In this document: piece after piece, positions 1-5,376 of the stretch
Position numbering within the stretch: position 1 is the stretch's first letter
Layout: each line of letters begins with the position of its first letter
Origin: Tubiluchus corallicola
Taxonomy: Eukaryota > Animalia > Priapulida
NCBI GenBank assembly: GCA_030141605.1
Contig: JAQGDQ010002263.1
Span: forward strand, 1 to 5,376
Direction: 5' to 3'
DNA length: 5,376 bases
Translations under genes and position numbers: made by a program
The notes under the pieces: model-generated
What the model was told of the DNA's origin: nothing
The model's database searches: none
Seen by the model: the letters and a program-made list of their open reading frames with translations, nothing else

Positions 1-151
1 TGGAGAGGCGCCCCTTTGTCGGTTAACGCGCCTGTCAGGTTGTGGGTTACAGGGGGATCCCCCTTTTCAACCACAGTAATGTTCCTCCCCAGGGCCGTGG
101 GGGGAACCATCACGATTTTGGTACACGGCCCGGGGCCTGAAGGGGGCGGAG
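1..151. repeat. Long direct repeat, copy B, second segment (matches 3889-4039)
   Basis: tggagaggcgcccc...agggggcggag is present at both positions, offset 3888. Confidence 0.97.
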
Positions 152-152
152 A
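1..152 (-). pseudogene. 5' part of the same truncated PAAR-like copy (PPPSGPGPCTKIVMVPP...DKGAPL), continuing across the 1/5376 junction
   Basis: 1-151 equals 3889-4039 with one synonymous mismatch at position 57. It has no promoter or RBS and lacks the first ~55 codons, including the CIHGG motif. Confidence 0.75.
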
Positions 153-1202
153 TCACCAATCAAAAATATCCTCAGGCGGGCGTTCAACCTGCCACTCTAT
201 GCCATACTTTTCGACACAGAACTCTTCAATGAGTCCAAAATAGGCCTCCTTATCCATGAGTCCTTCTGCACGCTTTGCAATGAATATTTTTGAAATGGCA
301 TTCATCTCAAGGGGGTGATTATACTTTAAAGCATCAATAACGGCGTCTCTCAAGGGGATTCTGTAGTGCCTTTTGTCTATAAATACTCTTGAACGCATCT
401 CTCCGGCCAGTACTTTTAACGTGTTCTCCGTTCCTATTTGACCCAATAGCTTAGCCCGTTGGTATTTAACTTCAGGGTCTTCCTCTTCCAGGAATTTTTC
501 AATCAATAATCTCTCCAGTTCCTTGTCCAGAAACGTTGCCCGAAGAACCTTACCATCTGAGGTATCAAATTTCTGATCTTCCATAAGTTCTTCAATCACT
601 TCAGCGGCCTGCGGCGGTTTAGCTTTAGCTATCACTAACGCCATATTGGAGTAGGGGAACCCCCTAAAGCTTATTAGAAGCTGATCCCCAAACTTCCTTA
701 ACAGTTCGGGGGGCACATAATTCTTCAGTGTACGTAAGGTTGTGTCCCATCCCTCATCTCTCTTTGAAAGGCCTGCAAAAATTAACACTTCAACGATTTC
801 CTCATTTACTAAGAAATCTCCCCTTCTGAAAGGCTTGCCATCTACATCGTTTGCAACAGAACCACTGGTCCATATTCCAAGATTACTCAAAATACGAGCA
901 ACTCTTCCTCTTACAAAACCGTCATCTACCCGTAAGGCCTGGGCGAAAAAATCAATAACAGCAGGATCCGGTTTCCCATCAGTCACAAGCTGCCAAATGT
1001 CCAGTCTGAAACTCTCTCTCTTTCGAAGATGGTTCAGCACTTCATGAGCATAATCCATTTTTTCATTCTCCCCGGCTAAACAAATATCTATTGTATTGAT
1101 ACTAAACAGAACAGAGATAAGGATGACCTTTAATATCTGTTTATTTCTCTTCTTAATCATCATAATGGTATAGTAAATCAAGATCGATCGATTATTTCCC
1201 AC
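153..1202 (-). CDS. Putative immunity protein: N-terminal signal peptide or membrane anchor plus HEAT-like helical repeats
   Basis: 349-aa ORF overlapping the effector 3' end by 25 nt if the GTG at 1202 is used; the true start may be ATG 1163 or 1160. MIKKRNKQ-ILKVILISVLFSI-NTIDICLA/GE resembles a Sec signal. HEAT-like segments are FAQALRVDDGFVRGRVARILSNLG and FLEEEDPEVKYQRAKLLGQIGTENTLKVL. The immunity role is inferred from gene position only. Confidence 0.65.
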   Translation of the reverse strand: MGNNRSILIYYTIMMIKKRNKQILKVILISVLFSINTIDICLAGENEKMDYAHEVLNHLRKRESFRLDIWQLVTDGKPDPAVIDFFAQALRVDDGFVRGRVARILSNLGIWTSGSVANDVDGKPFRRGDFLVNEEIVEVLIFAGLSKRDEGWDTTLRTLKNYVPPELLRKFGDQLLISFRGFPYSNMALVIAKAKPPQAAEVIEELMEDQKFDTSDGKVLRATFLDKELERLLIEKFLEEEDPEVKYQRAKLLGQIGTENTLKVLAGEMRSRVFIDKRHYRIPLRDAVIDALKYNHPLEMNAISKIFIAKRAEGLMDKEAYFGLIEEFCVEKYGIEWQVERPPEDIFDW

Positions 1203-2902
1203 TGCTTCTGAACTTCCCCTTCACGGTAATAAAGAGGAAGCTCTTTCATGCGAACCTCATTGGATGGCCCGTAACTTGCCTGATGATGCATAATATTCCC
1301 CGGCGCATTAACATCACTCCATTTTAGAAAGTTATGACCGCATTCATGAACAATGACCTCAAGTAATGTATTTAGATTATCCAGATTTTCGCTTACCAAA
1401 AACATAGGCGAGCCCGACAGACCGGCAAGAGGAAAGTCCAGTTCGGCATTTGTATGACTATATTTTAATCCGTTCTTCAACGTGAGCCTGTTTCCCATGG
1501 CCTTTATTATCTCAACGTTTTCCTCAAGATTAACCTCTTTCTGATCGATTACGGTTTTTGATACCAAATTGTAGCTGTTTCCTGCTGTAAAGTAATGGTA
1601 TGTGTGTCTCCTGTGAATCACTATTTCACGACTGCCCTTCTTTACACTTGTATTGGTTAAAGAGAAGGGCCATCGCGCCCTGTTCACTATTATTAGATCA
1701 TTAGAGTTAAAGCTGTCAATGCCTAAACCAGCCTCAATTGCCTCTAACATGGCCTTAGCATCTTTTGTATTGCCTAAAGTTAGTTCTCCCCTGGGGGTAG
1801 GGTTGTAGGAGATAGATTTGACACCTTCACTTTCATCTTCGAATGTCAATGTGACTACTGCACGTTTTACCCATTCATTAGCAGCTTTTTCTGCATTCTC
1901 AACAACCATACCCCTTACCGTACCATTGAGTGATGAGTTACTCACATTGGGATCCTCTATCCGGTAAATATTGATTTCATGTTCTACCTCTTCATAGACA
2001 TTAACATATATCTCTGTAAAGCTGTCAACATCCTGGTTCTCCATATGGACCTCTATTTTGGTCTCTGCCTTGTCTTTACCCTTACCGTTGATTTTAAGGT
2101 TAAAGTCTCTACCGGCACTCTCAGGTACCTGAACATCGGCAATCGCAGGATCGGCTGAACTGAACTTAAGTTGATCTCCGGTTAATCCACCACGGATACT
2201 CACCCTGACAAAAGTGTAATCATTTTTCTTAACCGACACATGATGAAGAGTGTCGGGATCGTAACTCTTGTTACCGGGGGGATTGTCCATATCATCATAC
2301 CCATACCCCATACCTTCAATCTCGGAAAACTCAACACTGATGACTGTAAGCATCAGTCTCTTCTCGCGTAAAACTCTACCACCCGGCGTTGTATATTGGA
2401 GTCTTAACTCTTCCTTGTCTACTCCCGAACTGGCTTCTTTACCTTTAATGGTAACTGTTGGGGAATTAGAATTCTCTAACTCTATATTTTTACTGGTTGT
2501 GCTCCACCGGTATGTTCCTCCTTCTTCTGTTGGGACTCCTTTTAGTTCAATACTTTTGTAAGTAGCTACTATTTGACAGGGGTCGGTGCCGTCTACATTT
2601 TTGATGCTTATGATAGATGGATTGCTGATTACATGTATTGTGCCGTGTTGAACAGTCTTAAGCGGAATGGAGATAGCCTTTTTTATGTTTACCGAACCAT
2701 CAGGTACGTCAATTATCTCACCCTTTTCAAATTCGGCATTGCTCAGCAGACCCTTGTTTTTTAATGAAATCCAACGCTGCAGCTTGTTTCGCTTCTCATC
2801 GGTATTCTCCAGTTCACCATACTTGTCCAGTAGCTCTCCGGCAATGAGCCAGGAACCTATGGCGTCCCGGCATCTGTATTTAGTTGTTCTTACATCACTC
2901 AC
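1178..2902 (-). CDS. Putative secreted effector/toxin: LysM-like N-terminus, Ig-like (Big_2-like) middle, C-terminal HExxH zinc metallopeptidase, 574 aa
   Basis: Long ORF whose GTG start overlaps the upstream stop (GTGAGTGA, 2895-2902). It contains VIVHECGHNFLKWSD (HECGH at 1334-1348) followed by a Met-turn-like GNIMH. TYRWSTTSKNIEL...TVTIKG and LKFSSADPAIADV resemble bacterial Ig-like domains. There is no signal peptide. It sits between a PAAR-like gene and an immunity-like gene. Confidence 0.7.
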   Translation of the reverse strand: MSDVRTTKYRCRDAIGSWLIAGELLDKYGELENTDEKRNKLQRWISLKNKGLLSNAEFEKGEIIDVPDGSVNIKKAISIPLKTVQHGTIHVISNPSIISIKNVDGTDPCQIVATYKSIELKGVPTEEGGTYRWSTTSKNIELENSNSPTVTIKGKEASSGVDKEELRLQYTTPGGRVLREKRLMLTVISVEFSEIEGMGYGYDDMDNPPGNKSYDPDTLHHVSVKKNDYTFVRVSIRGGLTGDQLKFSSADPAIADVQVPESAGRDFNLKINGKGKDKAETKIEVHMENQDVDSFTEIYVNVYEEVEHEINIYRIEDPNVSNSSLNGTVRGMVVENAEKAANEWVKRAVVTLTFEDESEGVKSISYNPTPRGELTLGNTKDAKAMLEAIEAGLGIDSFNSNDLIIVNRARWPFSLTNTSVKKGSREIVIHRRHTYHYFTAGNSYNLVSKTVIDQKEVNLEENVEIIKAMGNRLTLKNGLKYSHTNAELDFPLAGLSGSPMFLVSENLDNLNTLLEVIVHECGHNFLKWSDVNAPGNIMHHQASYGPSNEVRMKELPLYYREGEVQKQWEIIDRS

Positions 2903-4205
2903 TGTAGTACTCTTTCAGATCAAGATGAACCTTTCCCCACGGAATACCAGTTACCTCTAATATTCCTTCCTGGTCTGTGATGCCGGAGACTTCTGAACCA
3001 TCCGGCAGATGCAGTGTATAGGAGACCTCTTTCAACAAATCTCCTGTGTCCAAATCAAGCAAAGTTTGTTTCACCCAACTCTTCACCTCCAACCCCTCAC
3101 TCTCTTCACTCACAAACCTCCCATACTTCACTTTGAAGTGGTACTCAGGTATGGTGCAGCCCTTCTCGGCCAACTCCTGCCCGCTGGTGGAACCGCTCCT
3201 GCCCTTGTAGACAACCTCCCAGGGGAACTCAACCCGACCCTCTCTTGTTGTGGCTTTAAAAGTTCCCACCAAGTCTTGTCTGTTCTCCTCATCCTTCTCC
3301 CATACCTTAAAAAAAACGGCCTCCCCATCGGGTATCCTTTTCACATCACAGCAGAGTTTTACAGGGGCCCCAACTAAAGCCTCTGTTGCCGGATTGCCCT
3401 CTTCGTCCTGCCACTCTAAACCGGCAAACCCGGCAGGAATCCTCAGAGCCGTGCTGCTGTGGGACTCTTCCCCGTCAACTGTCACCTTAAAGAAGTACTC
3501 TATAGCCTCATCGGAATCGACGACACGCCACTCATAATCAAGCAGCTTCTCCCTTTTACCCCCTTTCAGCTTACGCAGCTTCACTCCACTTATCGCTTCA
3601 ACCAGGTTATCACCACTGTCAAAGCTGTCCCGCCACACCTCAATATCGGCTGTTTTGACATCGGTGTTGGCTATACGGGCGGAGAGAAACACCGATTCAT
3701 CTATAGAGGCTGAAGGGGCAATATCTTTCTCCCCGTTTCTCCAGTGTACCTGGGAGAAGTGAAGCTTCCCTTCCTCATCCTCTTCAGCCGCCTTAAACGC
3801 CGCCTCAGCCTCCAGCGCCGCCCTACAAGCCTGTCCCACACCAGGCTGGATCCCAAACTTCACTGTCCTCTTGCCCCCGGGGATGACCTGGAGAGGCGCC
3901 CCTTTGTCGGTTAACGCGCCTGTCAGGTTGTGGGTTACAGGGGGGTCCCCCTTTTCAACCACAGTAATGTTCCTCCCCAGGGCCGTGGGGGGAACCATCA
4001 CGATTTTGGTACACGGCCCGGGGCCTGAAGGGGGCGGAGGGATGGGGCAGCCGGTGATAGAGGCCTGCATTAGTTCGGACTCCAGCACTACGTTGGAGAA
4101 TTCCACTTTTACCGACATTGTTTTTGTAGCCCCGGAAAGGTCAACCTGACCTCCATGGATACACATTACCGTTTCATTGGCTAATAGGGGGGGAAATGAT
4201 GCCAT
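2895..4205 (-). CDS. PAAR-like (DUF4280-type) spike-tip protein with two beta-sandwich-like repeats and a C-terminal transthyretin-like adaptor domain, about 436 aa
   Basis: ORF track gives 2895..4232, but the ATG at 4205 has AAGGAGG 5 nt upstream, so it is the preferred start. The N-terminal ~115 aa (TVMCIHGGQV...LESELMQASITGC...PCTKIVMVPP...LTDKGAPLQVIP) has the C-x-H-GG / GC / PC pattern of DUF4280-like PAAR proteins. The C-terminus (WVKQTLLDLDTGDLLKEVSYTLHLPDGSEVSGITDQEGILEVTGIPWGKVHL) resembles the transthyretin-like extensions of VgrG/PAAR proteins. Confidence 0.75.
   Translation of the reverse strand: MASFPPLLANETVMCIHGGQVDLSGATKTMSVKVEFSNVVLESELMQASITGCPIPPPPSGPGPCTKIVMVPPTALGRNITVVEKGDPPVTHNLTGALTDKGAPLQVIPGGKRTVKFGIQPGVGQACRAALEAEAAFKAAEEDEEGKLHFSQVHWRNGEKDIAPSASIDESVFLSARIANTDVKTADIEVWRDSFDSGDNLVEAISGVKLRKLKGGKREKLLDYEWRVVDSDEAIEYFFKVTVDGEESHSSTALRIPAGFAGLEWQDEEGNPATEALVGAPVKLCCDVKRIPDGEAVFFKVWEKDEENRQDLVGTFKATTREGRVEFPWEVVYKGRSGSTSGQELAEKGCTIPEYHFKVKYGRFVSEESEGLEVKSWVKQTLLDLDTGDLLKEVSYTLHLPDGSEVSGITDQEGILEVTGIPWGKVHLDLKEYYSE
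3093..4039. repeat. Long direct repeat, copy A (947 bp, inside the intact PAAR-like gene)
   Basis: Aligned by eye to 4554-5376 plus 1-151: about 23 substitutions and one 27-bp indel. Confidence 0.97.
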
Positions 4206-4210
4206 AATAG

Positions 4211-4217
4211 CCTCCTT
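4211..4217 (-). promoter_or_regulatory. Shine-Dalgarno site of the PAAR-like gene
   Basis: AAGGAGG-ctatt-ATG on the minus strand. Confidence 0.85.
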
Positions 4218-4265
4218 CCAAATGTTAAGCAAGTGGGATTGGGTAGAATTCTCAGCTTTTCTAAA

Positions 4266-4293
4266 ATTATATAACAGAAGTCACTTTTGTCAA
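4266..4293 (-). promoter_or_regulatory. Sigma70-type promoter for the operon
   Basis: The minus strand reads TTGACA-aaagtgacttctgtta-TATAAT. Both hexamers are perfect consensus with a 16-nt spacer, about 60 bp upstream of ATG 4205 in an AT-rich stretch. Confidence 0.8.
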
Positions 4294-4333
4294 GTATGTT
4301 TTCCTATAATGTGTGTCGGAGAACAACTTTTTC

Positions 4334-4420
4334 CCGGTAGGAATCGTTCCCCACCTGGTAGGATTCATTTTTTTCCGGTAGGATTCGTTCCCAACCGGTA
4401 ATATACCGTTCCGCACCGGT
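4334..4420. repeat. Degenerate tandem array, 20-21 bp period, consensus about CCGGTAGGATTCGTTCCCA, four units plus a partial one
   Basis: Units: 4334 ccggtaggaatcgttccccac; 4355 ctggtaggattcattttttt; 4375 ccggtaggattcgttcccaa; 4395 ccggtaatataccgttccgca; 4416 ccggt. Confidence 0.85.
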
Positions 4421-4553
4421 CAGTTCCCCCGTCAGACTCCCCCATCCCTACCCTTGACCTACAGGCGGTTTATGCCGCGTGCAGGGACAGTCGCGACCAG
4501 TGTCCCGACTGTATCATCAAAAAGGGGGTGCCCAAGCCCAACAGCAACGACAC

Positions 4554-5376
4554 CCCCTCACTGGCCTCACTCACAAACCTCCCATACTTCACCCGAAAAT
4601 GGTACTCCGGCATAGTGCAGCCCTTCTCGGCCAACTCCTGCCCGCTGGCCTTCTCGGCCAACTCCTGCCCGCTGGTGGAACCGCTCCTGCCCTTGTAGAC
4701 AACCTCCCAGGGGAGCTCAACCCGACCCTCTCTTGTTGTGGCTTTAAAAGTTCCCACCAGGTCTTGTCTGTTCTCCTCATCCTTCTCCCATACCTTAAAA
4801 AAAACAGCCTCCCCATCGGGTATCCTTTTCACATCACAGCAGAGTTTTACAGGGGCCCCAACTAAGACCTCTGTTGCCGGATTGCCCTCTTCGTCCTGCC
4901 ACTCTAAACCGGCAAACCCGGCAGGAATCCTCAGAGCCGTGCTGCTGTGGGACTCTTCCCCGTCAACTGTCACCTTAAAGAAGTACTCTATAGCCTCATC
5001 GGAATCGACGACACGCCACTCATAATCAAGCAGCTTCTCCCTTTTACCCCCTTTCAGCTTACGCAGCTTCACTCCACTTATCGCTTCAACCAGGTTATCA
5101 CCACTGTCAAAGCTGTCCCGCCACACCTCAATATCGGCTGTTGCAGCATCGGTGTTGGCTATACGGGCGGAGAGAAACACCGATTCATCTATAGAGGCTG
5201 AAGGGGCAATATCTTTCTCCCCGTTTCTCCAGTGTACCTGGGAGAAGTGAAGCTTCCCTTCCTCATCCTCTTCAGCCGCCTTAAACGCCGCCTCAGCCTC
5301 CAGCGCCGCCCTACACGCCTGTCCCACACCAGACTGGATCCCAAACTTCACTGTCCTCTTGCCCCCGGGGATGACC
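4554..5376. repeat. Long direct repeat, copy B, first segment (matches 3093-3888)
   Basis: Offset is 1461 before and 1488 after the 27-bp duplication. 4868-5142 is identical to copy A. Confidence 0.97.
4622..4675. repeat. Perfect 27-bp tandem duplication (ccttctcggccaactcctgcccgctgg x2), in frame
   Basis: Units at 4622-4648 and 4649-4675; a single unit is present in copy A at 3161-3187. Translates as SGQELAEKA-SGQELAEKG. Confidence 0.97.

Larger units (their letters stand above)
4470..5376 (-). pseudogene. 3' part of a 5'-truncated orphan copy of the PAAR-like gene, lacking the transthyretin-like domain and ending in an unrelated ~27-aa tail
   Basis: The translation is nearly identical to residues ~116-380 of the 445-aa ORF. 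The frame is open from the window edge to TAA at 4470-4472. After ...VSEASEG it diverges (VSLLLGLGTPF... versus LEVKSWVKQT...). Confidence 0.75.

Noticed and set aside
1070-1163. Lipoprotein signal in the immunity candidate
   Set aside because: The Cys context IDIC does not fit the L-[AS]-[AG]-C lipobox; a signal peptidase I site or membrane anchor fits better.
4206-4232. ORF-track start at 4232
   Set aside because: The strong AAGGAGG lies inside this extension and points to ATG 4205.
4305-4310. Divergent plus-strand promoter (TATAAT)
   Set aside because: There is no -35 box at 16-18 nt spacing (TTGTCA is only 12 nt away) and no credible downstream gene.
4334-4420. CRISPR array
   Set aside because: The period is only 20-21 bp with no unique spacers, and no cas genes are present.
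4554-4621. Diversity-generating retroelement TR/VR pair
   Set aside because: Only about 6 of 11 edge mismatches fall at adenines of one copy's coding strand, the repeat is about 950 bp long, and there is no reverse transcriptase in the window.
16-5201. Plus-strand ORFs (16-243, 742-1047, 2268-2561, 2573-2764, 2667-2960, 3009-3377, 3250-3537, 3459-3713, 3871-4149, 4177-4401, 4479-4865, 4738-5025, 4947-5201) and short minus ORFs (3128-3328, 4589-4816)
   Set aside because: These are antisense or off-frame shadows of longer genes, or span the promoter region, with no recognisable motifs. Their recurrence simply reflects the DNA repeat.
4470-5351. Independent 293-aa gene starting at 5351
   Set aside because: The GTG is internal Val124 of the paralogue. 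The frame is open to the window edge and continues into 152-1.
1-5376. Autonomous plasmid, phage or IS element
   Set aside because: No Rep, relaxase, capsid, integrase or transposase ORF is present, and no terminal inverted repeats were seen.

Overview
The minus strand carries a compact three-gene operon that looks like a contractile-injection (T6SS/eCIS-type) polymorphic toxin module. A consensus sigma70 promoter (TTGACA-16-TATAAT) precedes (1) a PAAR-like spike protein with two internal beta-rich repeats and a C-terminal transthyretin-like adaptor, (2) an overlapping 574-aa HExxH zinc-metallopeptidase effector candidate, and (3) an overlapping signal-peptide/HEAT-repeat immunity candidate. 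About 950 bp of the PAAR gene (3093-4039) occurs a second time as a 5'-truncated, slightly diverged copy. That copy is split across the window ends: 4554-5376 matches 3093-3888 and 1-151 matches 3889-4039, so base 5376 joins base 1 seamlessly. The window is therefore a circle, or a collapsed repeat-flanked/tandem unit. The truncated copy begins immediately after, and in frame with, the immunity gene stop codon, and its homology ends at the adaptor-domain boundary, as expected for an orphan-cassette recombination system. A 20-21 bp repeat array lies just upstream of the promoter. All protein calls are from motif recognition by eye; no searches were run.
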